Position numbers and translations under genes: made by a program
The notes under the pieces: generated by a model
The model's input: the letters and a program-made list of their open reading frames with translations, nothing else
The model's database searches: none
Told to the model about the DNA's origin: nothing
Source: Nitrospirales bacterium
GTDB lineage: Bacteria; Nitrospirota; Nitrospiria; Nitrospirales; UBA8639
NCBI GenBank assembly: GCA_965203295.1
Contig: CBDBCZ010000015.1
Span: 1,237,639 to 1,301,638 of the forward strand
Reading direction: 5' to 3'
DNA: 64,000 bases
Shown: positions 14,201-26,994 of the stretch, piece after piece
Layout of the letters: each line of letters opens with the position of its first letter
Numbering within the stretch: the stretch's first letter is position 1

Positions 14201-17200
14201 CCAAAGTAACTGGCTACCATTGATCTGACCCTTAGCAACTGTTTTGGAAAAGAACTGGTTATTCAAAGGCTTGTTTAGTTTGAATGATGTTAGTCAGATA
14301 CAATACATGCTTAGGAAGTATCGATGTTCAAGAAAGGAACTGGTTATTCAAAGGCTTTTTTAGTTTGGTTGATGTTAGTCTGAAGATTAGGAAAGAAGGA
14401 TTTTATTGAAAATTGTTAGTTTTGTTGGTCTCAGGCAAAGACTTTAAGCCACGGTAACTGGCTACCATTTATCTGACCCTTCCAAACTGTTTAGAAAAAG
14501 AACTGGTTAATCAAAGGCCTGTTTAGTTTCGTTGATTTTAGCCTGAAAATTAGGAAAGAAGGATTTTATTGATAATTGTTAGTTTTGTAGGTCTCTCGCA
14601 AAGACTTTAAGCCAAAGTAACTGGCTACCATTGATCTGATCCTTCCCAACTATTTAGAAAACGAACTGGTTATTCAAAGGCCTATTTAGTTTTGTTGATT
14701 TTAGCCTGAAGATTAAGAAAGAAGGATTTTATTGATAATTGTTAGTTTTGTTGGTCTCTTGCAAAGACTTTAAGCCAAAGTAACTGGCTACTATTAATCT
14801 GATCCTTCCCAACTATTTAGAAAAAGAGCTGGTTATTCAAAGGCTTGTTTTGTTTGAATGATATTAGTCAGATACAATACATGCTTAGGAAATATCGATG
14901 TTCAAGAAAGGAACTGGTTATTCAAAGGCTTGTTTAGTTTGGTTGATGTTAGTCTGAAGATTAGGAAAGAAGGATTTTAATGAAAATTGTTAGTTTTGTT
15001 GGTCTCAGGCAAATACTTTCAGCCAAAGTAACTAGCTACCATTGATCTGACCCTTCCCAACTGTTTAGGAAAAGAACTGGTTATTCAAAGGCTTGTTTAG
15101 TTTGAATGATGTTAGTCTGAAGATTAGGAAAAAAGGATTTTAATGGAAATTGTTAGTTTTGTTGGTCTCTAGCAAAGACTTTAAGCCAAAGTAACTAGCT
15201 ACCATTTATCTGACCCTTCCAAACTGTTTAGAAAAAGAACTGGTTATTCAAAGGCCTGTTTAGTTTTGTTGATGTTAGCCTGAAGATTAGGAAAGAAGAA
15301 TTTTTTTGAAAATTGTTAGTTTTGTTGTCTTTAGCAAAGACTTTAAGCCAAAGTAACTAGCTACCTTTGATCTGACCCTTCCCAACTGTTTAGGAAAAGA
15401 ACTGGTTATTCAAAGGCTTGTTTAGTTTGAATGATGTTAGTCTGAAGATTAGGAAAGAAGGATTTTAATGAAAATTTTTAGTTTTGTTGGTCTCTAGCAA
15501 AGACTTTAAGCCAAAGTAACTAGCTGCCATTTATCTGACCCTTCCAAACTGTTTAGAAAAAGAACTGTTTATTCAAAGGACTGTTTAGTTTTGTTGATGT
15601 TAGCCTGCAGATTAGGAAAGAAGGATTTTTTTGAAAATTGTTAGTTTTGTTGGTCTCTAGCAAAGACTTTAAGCCAAAGTTTCTAACTACCAATGATCTG
15701 ACCCTTCCGAACTATTTAGAAAATGAGCTGGTTATTCAAAGGCTTGTTTTGTTTGAATGATATTAGTCAGATACAATACATGCTTAGGAAGTATCAATGT
15801 TCAAGAAAGGAACTGGTTATTCGAAGGCTTGTTTAGTTTGGTTGATGTTAGTCTGAAGATTAGGAAAGAAGGATTTTATTTAAAATTGTTAGTTTTTTTG
15901 TCTCTAGCAAAGACTTTAAGCCAAAGTAACTTGCTACCATTTATCTGACCCTTCCCAACTGTTTAGAAAAAGAGCTGGTTATTCAAAGGCCTGTTTAGTT
16001 TTGTTGATTTTAGCCTGAAGATTAGGAAAGAAGGATTTTATTGAAAATTGTTAGTTTTGTTGGTCTCAGGCAAAGACTTTCAGCCAAAGTAACTGGCTAC
16101 CATTGATCTGACCCTTAGCAACTGTTTTGGAAAAGAACTGGTTATTCAAAGGCTTGTTTAGTTTGAATGATGTTAGTCAGATACAATACACGCTTAGGAA
16201 GTATCGATGTTCAAGAAAGGAACTGGTTATTCAAAGTCTTTTTTAGTTTGGTTGATGTTAGTCTGAAGATTAGGAAAGAAGGATTTTATTGAAAATTGTT
16301 AGTTTTGTTGGTCTCAGGCAAAGACTTTCAGTCAAAGTAACTAGCTACCATTAATCTGACCCTTCCAAACTGTTTAGGAAAAGAACTTGTTATTCAAAGG
16401 CTTGTTTAGTTTGAATGATGTTAGTCAGATACAATACATGCCTAGGAAGTATCGATGTTCAAGAAAGGAACTGGTTATTCAAAGGCTTGTTTTTTTTGCT
16501 TGATGTTAGTCTGCAGATAAGGAAAGAGTATTTTATAGAAAATCATTAGTTTTGTTGGTCTCTAGCAAAGACTTTGAGCCAAAGTAACTATCTACCATTG
16601 ATCTGACCCTTCCCAACTGTTTAGGAAAAGAACTGGTTATTCAAAGGCTTGTTTAGTTTGAATGATGTTAGTCAGATACAATACATTCTTAGGAAGTATC
16701 GTTGTTCAAGAAAGGAACTGGTTATTCAAAGGCTAGTTTAGTTTGAATGGTGTTAGCCAAATACAATACTTCCTTAGGAAGTATCGATGTTCAAGAAAGG
16801 AACTGGTTATTCAAAGGCTTGTTTAATTTCGTTGATGTTAGTCTGCAGATTAGGAAAGAAGTATTTTATAGAAAATCGTTAGTTTTGTTGGTCTCTAGCA
16901 AAGACTTTGAGCCAAAGTAACTAGCTACCATTGATCTGACCCTTCCCTACTGTTTAGGAAAAGAACTGGTTATTCAAAGGCTTGATTAGTTTTAATGATG
17001 TTAGTCGGATACAATACGTGTTTAGGAAGTGTCGATGTTCAAGAAAGGAACTGGTTATTCAAAGGCTTGTTTAGTTTGGTTGATGTTAGTCTGAAGATTA
17101 GGAAAGAAGGATTTTATTGAAAATTGTTAGTTTTGTTGGTCTCTAGCAAAGACTTTAAGCCAAAGTAACTAGCTACCATTTATCTGACCCTTCCCAACTG

Positions 17201-20200
17201 TTTAGAAAAAGAACTGGTTATTCAAAGGCTTGTTTTGTTTTAATGATGTTAGTCTTAAGATTAGGAAAGAAGGATTTTATTGAAAATTGTTAGTTTTGTT
17301 GGTCTCAGGCAAAGACTTTCAGCTAAAGTAACTAGCTACCATTGATCTGACCCTTCCTAACTGTTTAGGAAAAGAACTGGTTATTCAAAGGCTTGTTTAG
17401 TTTTAATGATGTTAGTCGGATACAATACATGTTTAGGAAGTGTCGATGTTCAAGAAAGGAACTGGTTATTCAAAGGCTTGTTTAGTTTGGTTGATGTTAG
17501 TCTGAAGATTAGGAAAGAAGGATTTTATTGAAAATTGTTAGTTTTGTTGGTCTCTAGCAAAGACTTTAAGCCAAAGTAACTAGCTACCATTTATCTGAAC
17601 CTTCCCAACTGTTTAGAAAAAGAACTGGTTATTCAAAGGCCTGTTTAGTTTTTTTTTATGTTAGCCTGAAGATTAGGAAAGAAGGATTTTATTGAAAATT
17701 GTTAGTTTTGTTGGTCTCTTGCAATGACTTTAATTCAGCCAAAGTTACTAGCTACCATTGATCTGACCCTTCCCAACTGTTTAGAAAAAATGCTGGTTAT
17801 TCAAAGGCTTGTTTTGTTTGAATGATATTAGTCAGATGCAATACATGCTTAGGAAGTATCAATGTTCAAGAAAGGAACTGGTTATTCAAAGGCTTGTTTA
17901 GTTTGGTTGATGTTAGTCTGAAGATTAGGAAATGAGGATTTTATTGAAAGTTGTTAGTTTTGTTGGTCTCTAGCAAAGACTTTAACCCAAAGTAACTTGC
18001 TACCATTTATCTGACCCCTCCCAACTGTTTAGAAAAAGAGCTGGTTATTCAAAGGCTTGTTTTGTTTGAATGATATTAGTCAGATACAATACATGCTTAG
18101 GAAGTATCGATGTTCAAGAAAGGAACTTGTTATTCAAGGGCTTGTTTAGTTTGGTTGATGTTAGTCTGAAGATTAGGAAAGAAGGATTTTAATGAAAATT
18201 ATTAGTTTTGTTTGTCTCTAGCAAAGACTTTAAGCCAAAGTTACTAGCTACATTTGATCTGACCCTTCCCAACTGTTTAGAAAAAGAGCTGGTTATTCAA
18301 AACCTTGTTTAGTTTGAATGATGTTAGTCTGAAGATTAGGAAAGAAGGATTTTATTGAAAATTGTTAGTTTTTTTGGTCTCTAGCAAAGACTTTGAGCCA
18401 AAGTAACTAGCTACCATTGATCTGACCCTTCCCAGCTGTTTAGGAAAAGAACTGGTTATTCAAAGGCTTGATTATTTTTAATGATGTTAGTCGAATACAA
18501 TACATGTTTAAGAAGTGTTGATGTTCAAGAAAAGAACTGGTTATTCTAAGGCTTGTTTAGTTTGGTTGATGTTTATCTGAAGATTAGGAAAGAAGGATTT
18601 TATTGAAAATTGTTAGTTTTGTTGGTCTCAGGCAAAGACTTTCAGCCAAAGTAACTAGCTACCATTCATCTGACCCTTCCTAACTGTTTAGGAAAAGAAC
18701 TGGTTATTCAAAGGCTTGTTTAGTTTGAATGATGTTAGTCTTAAGATTAGGAAAGAAGGATTTTATTGAAAATTGTTAGTTTTGTTGGTCTCTAGCAAAG
18801 ACTTTAAGCCAAAGTAACTGGCTACCATTGATCTGATCCTTCCCAACTATTTAGAAAAAGAGCTGGTTATTCAAAGGCTTGTTTTCTTTGAATGATATTA
18901 GTCAGATACAATACATGCTTAGGAAGTATCAATGTTCAAGAAAGGAACTGGTTATTCAAAGGCTTGTTTAGTTTGGTTGATGTTAGTCTGAAGATTAGGA
19001 AAGAAGGATTTTATTGAAAATTGTTATTTTTTTTGGTCTCAGGCAAATACTTTCAGCCAAAGTAACTGGCTACCATTGATCTGACCCTTCCCAACTATTT
19101 AGGAAAAGAACTTGTTATTCAAAGGCTTGTTTAGTTTGAATGATGTTAGTCAGATACAATACATGCTTAGGAAGTATCGATGTTCAAGAAAGGAACTGGT
19201 TATTCAAATGCTTATTTTGTTTGGTTGATGTTAGTCTGCAGATTAGGAAAGAAGTATTTTATAGAAAATCGTTAGTTTTGTTGGTCTCTAGCAAAGACTT
19301 TGAGCCAAAGTAACTAGTAACCATTGATCTGACCCTTCCCAACTGTTTAGGAAAAGAACTTGTTATTTAAAGGCTTGATTAGTTTTAATGATGTTAGTCG
19401 GATACAATACATGTTTAGGAAGTGTCGATGTTCAAGAAAGGAACTGGTTATTCTAAGGCTTGTTTAGTTTGGTTGATGTTAGTCTTAAGATTAGGAAAGA
19501 AGGATTTTATTGAAAATTGTTAGTTTTGTTGGTCACAGGCAAAGACTTTCAGCCAAAGTTACTAGCTACCATTGATCTGACCCTTAAATTCCTAACTGTT
19601 TAGGAAAAGAACTGGTTATTCAAAGAAGGCTTGTTTAGTTTGAATGATGTTAGTCTGAAGATTAGGAAAGAAGGATTTTATTGAAAATTGTTAGTTTTGT
19701 TGGTCTCTAGCAAAGACTTTAAGCCAAAGTAACTAGCTACCATTTTTCTGACCCTTCCCAACTGTTTAGAAAAAGAACTTGTTATTCAAAGGCCTGTTTA
19801 GTTTTTTTGATGTTAGCCTGAAGATTAGGAAAGAAGGATTTTATTGAAAATTGTTAGTTTTGTTGGTCTCTAGCAAAGAATTTAAGCCAAAGTTACTAGC
19901 TACCATTTATCTGACCCTTCCAAACTATTTAGAAAATGAGCTGGTTATTTAAAGGTTTGTTTTGTTTGAATGATATTAGTCAGATTCAATACATGCTTAG
20001 GAAGTATCAATGTTCAAGAAAAGAACTGGTTATTCAAAGGCTTGCTTAGTTTGGTTGATGTTAGTTTGCAGATTAGGAAAGAAGGATTTTATTTAAAATT
20101 GTTAGTTTTGTTGTCTCTAGCAAAGACTTTAAGCCAAAGTAACTTGCTACCATTTATCTGACCCTTCCCAACTGTTTAGAAAAAGAGCTGGTTATTCAAA

Positions 20201-21699
20201 GGCCTGTTTAGTTTGGTTGATGTTACCCTGAAGATTAGGAAAGAAGGATTTTATCGAAAATTGTTAGTTTTGTTGGTCTCAGGCAAAGACTTTCAGCCAA
20301 AGTAACTGGCTACCATTGATCTGACCCTTCCCAACTGTTTAGGAAAATAATTTGTTATTCAAAGGCTTGTTTAGTTTGAATGATGTTAGTCAGATACAAT
20401 ACAAGCTTAGGAAGTATCGATTAGGAAAGAAGGATTTTATTTAAAATTGTTAGTTTTGTTGTCTCTAGCAAAGACTTTAAGCCAAAGTAACTAGATAGCA
20501 TTGATCTGACCCTTCCTAACTGTTTAGGAAAAGAACTGGTTATTCAAAGGCTTGTTTAGTTTGAATGATGTTAGTCAGATACAATACACGCTTAGGAAGT
20601 ATCGCTGTTCAAGAAAGGAACTGGTTATTCAAAGGCTTGATTAGTTTTAATGATGTTAGTCGGATACAATACATGTTTAGGAAGTGTCGATGTTCAAGAA
20701 AGGAACTGGTTATTCAAAGGCTTATTTAGTTTGGTTGATGTTAGTCTGATGATTAGGAAAGAAGGATTTTATTGAAAATTGTTAGTTTTGTTGGTCTCAG
20801 GCAAAGACTTTCAGCCAAAGTAACTAGCTACCATTGATCTGACCCTTCCTAACTGTTTAGGAAAAGAACTGGTTATTCAAAGGCCTGTTTAGTTTGAATG
20901 ATGTTTGTCAGATACAATACACGCTTAGGAAGTATCGATGTTTAAGAAAGGAAGTGGTTATTCAAAAGCTTGTTTAGTTTGGTTGATGTTAGTCTGAAGA
21001 TTAGGAAAGAAGGATTTTATTGAAAATTGTTAGTTTTGTTGGTCTCAGGCAAAGACTTTCATCCAAAGTAACTGGCTACCATTGATCTGACCCTTCCCAA
21101 CTGTTTAGGAAAAGAACTGGTTATTCAAAGGCTTGTTTAGTTTGAATGATGTTAGTCAGATACAATACACGCTTAGGAAGTATCGATGTTCAAGAAAGGA
21201 ACTGGTTATTCAAAGGCTTGTTTAGTTTGGTTGATGTTAGTCTGCAGATTAGGAAAGAAGTATTTTATTGAAAATCGTTAGTTTCGTTGGTCTCTAGGAA
21301 AGACTTTGAGCCAAAGTAACTAGCTACCATTGATCTGACCATTCCCAACTGTTTAGGAAAAGAACTGGTTATTCAAAGGCTTGTTTAGTTTGAATGATGG
21401 TAGTCAGATACAATACCTGCTCAGGAAGTATCGATGTTCAAGAAAGGAACTGGTTATTCAAAGGCTTGTTTAGTTTGCTTGATGTTATTCTGCAGATTAG
21501 GAAAGAAGTATTTTATTGAAAATTGTTTGTTTTGTTGGTCTCTAGCAAAGACTTTAAGCCAAAGTAACTAGCTACCATTTATCTGACCCTTCCCAACTGT
21601 TTAGAAAAAGAACTGGTTATTCAAAGGCCTGTTTAGTTTGAATGATGTTAGTCAGATACAATACACGCTTAGGAAGTATCAATGTTCAAGAAAGGAACT

Positions 21700-24680
21700 G
21701 GTTATTCAAAGGCTTGTTTAGTTTGGTTAATGTTAGTCTGAAGATTAGGAAAGAAGGATTTTATTTAAAATTGTTAATTTTTTTGTCTCTAGCAAAGACT
21801 TTAAGCCAAAGTCACTAGCTACCATTTATCTGATCCTTCCTAACTGTTTAGAAAAAAAACTGGTTATTCAAAGGCTTGTTTTGGTTGCATGATATTAGTC
21901 GGATACAATACATGCTTAGGAAGTATCAATGTTCAAGAAAGGAACTGGTTATTCAAAGGCTTGTTTAGTTTGGTTGATGTTAGTCTGAAGATTAGGAAAG
22001 AAGGATTTTATTGAAAATTGTTAGTTTTGTTGGTCTCTAGCAAAGACTTTAAGCCAAAGTAACTAGCTACCATTGATCTGACCCTTCCCAACTATTTAGG
22101 AAAACAATTGGTTATTCAAAGGCTTGTTTAGTTTGAATGATGTTAGTCTGAAGATTAGGAAAGAAGGATTTTATTGAAAATTGTTAGTTTTGTTGGTCTC
22201 TAGCAAAGACTTTAAGCCAAAGTAACTAGCTACCATTTATCTGACCTTTCCCAACTGTTTAGAAAAGGAACTAGTTATTCAAAGGGCTGTTTAGTTTTGT
22301 TGATGTTAGCCTGAAGATTAGGAAAGAAGGATTTTATTGAAAATTGTTAGTTTTGTTAGTCTCTTGCAATGACTTTAATTAAGCCAAAGTTACTAGCTAC
22401 CATTGATCTGACCTTTCCGAACTAATTAGAAAAAGTGCTGGTTATTCAAAGGCTTGTTTTGTTTGAATGATATTAGTCAGATACAATACATGCTTAGGAA
22501 GTATCAATGTTCAAGAAAGGAACTGGTTATTCAAAAGCTTGTTTAGTTTGGTTGATGTTAGTCTGAAGATTAGGAAAGAAGGATTTTATTGAAAATTGTT
22601 AGTTTTGTTGGTCTCTAGCAAAGACTTTAAGCCAAAGTAACTTGCTACCATTTATCTGACCCTTCCCAACTGTTTAGAAAAAGAGCTGGTTATTCAAAGG
22701 CCTGTTTAGTTTTGTTGATGTTAGCCTGAAGATTAGGAAAGAAGGATTTTATTGAAAATTGTTAGTTTTGTTGGTCTCAGGCAAAGACTTTCAGCCAATG
22801 TAACTGGCTACCATTGATCTGACCCTTTCCAACTGTTTTGGAAAAGAACTGGTTATTCAAAGGCTTGTTTAGTTTGAATGATGTTAGTCAGATACAATAC
22901 ATGCTTAGGAAGTATCGATGTTCAAGAAAGGAACTGGTTATTCAAAGGCTTGTTTAGTTTGCTTAATGTTAGTCTGCAGATTAGGAAAGAAGTATTTTAA
23001 AGAAAATCGTTAGTTTTGTTGGTCTCTAGCAAAGACTTTGAGCCAAAGTAACTAGCTACCATTGATCTGACCCTTCCCAACTGTTTAGGAAAAGAACCTG
23101 TTATTCAAAGGCTTGATTAGTTTTAATGATGTTAGTCGGATACAATACATGTTTAGGAAGTGTCGATGTTCAAGAAAGGAACTGGTTATTCAAAGGCTTG
23201 TTTAGTTTGGTTAATGTTAGTCTGAAGATTAGGAAAGAAGGATTTTATTTAAAATTGTTAATTTTTTTGTCTCTAGCAAAGACTTTAAGCCAAAGTCACT
23301 AGCTACCATTTATCTGATCCTTCCTAACTGTTTAGAAAAAAAACTGGTTATTCAAAGGCTTGTTTTGGTTGCATGATATTAGTCGGATACAATACATGCT
23401 TAGGAAGTATCAATGTTCAAGAAAGGAACTGGTTATTCAAAGGCTTGTTTAGTTTGGTTGATGTTAGTCTGAAGATTAGGAAAGAAGGATTTTATTGAAA
23501 ATTGTTAGTTTTGTTGGTCTCTAGCAAAGACTTTAAGCCAAAGTAACTAGCTACCATTGATCTGACCCTTCCCAACTATTTAGGAAAACAACTGGTTATT
23601 CAAAGGCTTGTTTAGTTTGAATGATGTTAGTCTGAAGATTAGGAAAGAAGGATTTTATTGAAAATTGTTAGTTTTGTTGGTCTCTAGCAAAGACTTTAAG
23701 CCAAAGTAACTAGCTACCATTTATCTGACCTTTCCCAACTGTTTAGAAAAGGAACTAGTTATTCAAAGGGCTGTTTAGTTTTGTTGATGTTAGCCTGAAG
23801 ATTAGGAAAGAAGGATTTTATTGAAAATTGTTAGTTTTGTTAGTCTCTTGCAATGACTTTAATTAAGCCAAAGTTACTAGCTACCATTGATCTGACCTTT
23901 CCGAACTAATTAGAAAAAGTGCTGGTTATTCAAAGGCTTGTTTTGTTTGAATGATATTAGTCAGATACAATACATGCTTAGGAAGTATCAATGTTCAAGA
24001 AAGGAACTGGTTATTCAAAAGCTTGTTTAGTTTGGTTGATGTTAGTCTGAAGATTAGGAAAGAAGGATTTTATTGAAAATTGTTAGTCTGTTGGTCTCTA
24101 GCAAAGACTTTAAGCCAAAGTAACTTGCTACCATTTATCTGACCCTTCCCAACTGTTTAGAAAAAGAGCTGGTTATTCAAAGGCCTGTTTAGTTTTGTTG
24201 ATGTTAGCCTGAAGATTAGGAAAGAAGGATTTTATTGAAAATTGTTAGTTTTGTTGGTCTCAGGCAGAGACTTTCAGCCAATGTAACTGGCTACCATTGA
24301 TCTGACCCTTTCCAACTGTTTTGGAAAAGAACTGGTTATTCAAAGGCTTGTTTAGTTTGAATGATGTTAGTCAGATACAATACATGCTTAGGAAGTATCG
24401 ATGTTCAAGAAAGGAACTGGTTATTCAAAGGCTTGTTTAGTTTGCTTAATGTTAGTCTGCAGATTAGGAAAGAAGTATTTTATAGAAAATCGTTAGTTTT
24501 GTTGGTCTCTAGCAAAGACTTTGAGCCAAAGTAACTAGCTACCATTGATCTGACCCTTCCCAACTGTTTAGGAAAAGAACCTGTTATTCAAAGGCTTGAT
24601 TAGTTTTAATGATGTTAGTCGGATACAATACATGTTTAGGAAGTGTCGATGTTCAAGAAAGGAACTGGTTATTCAAAGGC
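21700..24680 (+). repeat. 1484-bp higher-order duplication (7 L + 4 S)
   Basis: Diagnostic variants TTGGTTGCAT (21881/23365) and GACTTTAATTAAGCC (22371/23855) are both 1484 bp apart. Confidence 0.88.
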
Positions 24681-26705
24681 TTGTTTAGTTTGGTTGATGT
24701 TAGTCTGAAGATTAGGAAAGAAGGATTTTATTGAAAATTGTTAGTTTTATTGGTCTCAGGCAAAGACTTTCAGCAAAAGTAACTAGCTACCATTGATCTG
24801 ACCGTTCCTAACTGTTTAGGAAAAAAACTGGTTATTCAAAGGCTTGTTTAGTTTGAATGATGTTAGTCTGAAGATTAAGAAAGAAGGATTTTATTGAAAA
24901 TTGTTAGTTTTGTTGGTCTCTAGCAAAGACTTTAAGCCAAAGTAACTAGCTACCATTTATCTGACCCTTCCCAACTGTTTAGAAAAAGAGCTGGTTATTC
25001 AAAGGCCTTTTTAGTTTTGTTGATGTTAGCCTGAAGATTAGGAAAGAAGGATTTTATTGAAAATTGTTAGTTTTGTTGGTCTCAGGCAAAGACTTTCAGC
25101 CAATGTAACTGGCTGCCATTGATCTGACCCTTTCCAACTGTTTTGGAAAAGAACTGGATAATTATTCAAAGGCTTGTTTAGTTTGAATGATGTTAGTCAG
25201 ATACAATACATGCTTAGGAAGTATCGATGTTCAAGAAAGGAACTGGTTATTCAAAGGCTTGTTTAGTTTGCTTGATGTTAGTCTGCAGATTAGGAAAGAA
25301 GTATTTTATAGAAAATCGTTAGTTTTGTTGGTCTCTAGCAAAGACTTTGAGCCAAAGTAACTAGCTACCATTGATCTGACCTTTCCCAACTGTTTAGGAA
25401 AAGAACCTGTTATTGAAAGGCTTGATTAGTTTTAATGATGTTAGTCGGATACAATACATGTTTAGGAAGTGTCGATGTTCAAGAAAGGAACTGGTTATTG
25501 AAAGGCTTGTTTAGTTTGGTTGATGTTAGTCTGAAGATTAGGAAAGAAGGATTTTATTGAAAATTGTTAGTTTTGTTGGTCTCAGGCAAAGACTTTCAGC
25601 AAAAGTAACTAGCTACCATTGATCTGACCCTTACCAACTGTTTTGGAAAAGAGCTGGTTATTCAAAGGCCTTTTTAGTTTTGTTGATGTTAGCCTGAAGA
25701 TTAGGAAAGAAGGATTTTATTGAAAATTGTTAGTTTTGTTGGTCTCATGCAAAGACTTTCAGCCAATGTAACTGGCTACCATTGATCTGACCCTTTCCAA
25801 CTGTTTTGGAAAAGAACTGGTTATTCAAAGGCTTGTTTAGTTTGCTCAGATACAATACATGCTTAGGAAGTATCGATGTTCAAGAAAGGAACTGTTTATT
25901 CAAAGGCTTGTTTAGTTTGGTTGATGTTAGTCTGAAGATTAGGAAAGAAGGATTTTATTGAAAATCGTTAGTTTTGTTGATCTCTAGCAAAGACTTTGAG
26001 CCAAAGTAACTAGCTGCCATTGATCTGACCCTTACCAACTGTTTTGGAAAAGAACTGGTTATTCTAAGGCTTGATTAGTTTTAATGATGTTAGTCGGATA
26101 CAATACATGTTTAGGAAGTATCGATGTTCAAGGAAGGAACTGGTTATTCAAAGGCTTGTTTAGTTTAGTTGATGTTTGTCTGAAGATTAGGACAGAAGGA
26201 TTTTATTTAAAATTGTTAGTTTTTTTGTCTCTAGCAAAGACTTTAAGCCAAAGTAACTAGCTACCATTTATCTGGCCCGATACCCAGTATATCCAGCTTG
26301 TTCACGCTTGAATCATTGTGATCGCTTCAGCCATTATCGTGTTAGCCTGGCTAAAGAAAGAAGAAAGAATTGTACGATTACGCCCCTCGCCTCCACTGTG
26401 TCGACTTGCCCGTCTGGTACTCCAGCGAAGGTTTCTTGCAACGCCAACAGTCTTGTTGCTGATGAAAACACTCGAGATGTCATATGGTTCATAAAAGCCT
26501 ATGACTATAATCAAAGCCGAGTTCTTAACGTATGATTTTTTACGCGTTATATGGGGCCGCCATTTTTTTGCCGTGCCATCCCTACATATGGAGTACTATC
26601 GCACTCCATGATTACTTGATACATAAGCTCCTCCTCCACTTTCTGTAGCTACATTGTTAACACTTCCACTTATTTGGAGCTGTTGAAGCTTATCAGCATG
26701 TTTAT

Positions 26706-26870
26706 AATTGGGCGAGCATGAGCGAGCCCCGCACTAGTGTGTTCAATTGAGAATTTGTCTGTGCGTACGGTGTACGTACATGCGTGTGTACGTGCGTACG
26801 TACATACTGCATATTGTTTTGCGGTTCAATATAACATTTCAAATAGTTTCCGTAATATTCCAGATTGTTC
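26706..26870 (+). mobile_element. 5' part of a Helentron/HINE-like non-autonomous element
   Basis: ATTGGGCGAGCATGAGCGAGCCCCGCACTAG followed by CGTA-type microsatellite seeds. Closely similar to 62921-63100 and, inverted, to 48725-48757. Confidence 0.5.
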
Positions 26871-26994
26871 ACGTGGCCACGGTGGCTGCAGTGCAGCTAG
26901 CTTAGGGATGCTCTCACAGAGTAGACTGCAGCGGCAGAGGCTACAGCGTCAGTATTATTTTGAAGTATGTTCTTCATGAGCTTTAGGCTACTGT

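Larger units (their letters stand above)
1..26274 (+). repeat. Compound tandem satellite array of ~163-bp (L) and ~85-bp (S) monomers; continues past the left edge of the window
   Basis: The motif AACTGGTTATTCAAAGGC recurs throughout. Measured GGTT-head positions 4145, 4230, 4392, 4555, 4640, 4803, 4888, 5051, 5212, 5375 give spacings of 85 or 161-163 bp. The array stops at ...CCATTTATCTG (26274). Confidence 0.98.

Noticed and set aside
4172..20161. Repeated 63-80 aa ORFs with superficial LRR-like text (LFKGLFSLVDVSL, LSTIDLTLPNCL)
   Set aside because: Monomer lengths 85 and 163 are not multiples of 3, most copies have stops, and T-rich DNA naturally yields Leu/Phe. An HMM search of the consensus could test a remote LRR origin, but I cannot support it.
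1..26274. CRISPR-like array (constant ~40-bp head separated by other sequence)
   Set aside because: The intervening parts are only two recurring tails, not unique spacers. There are no cas genes and the context is eukaryotic.
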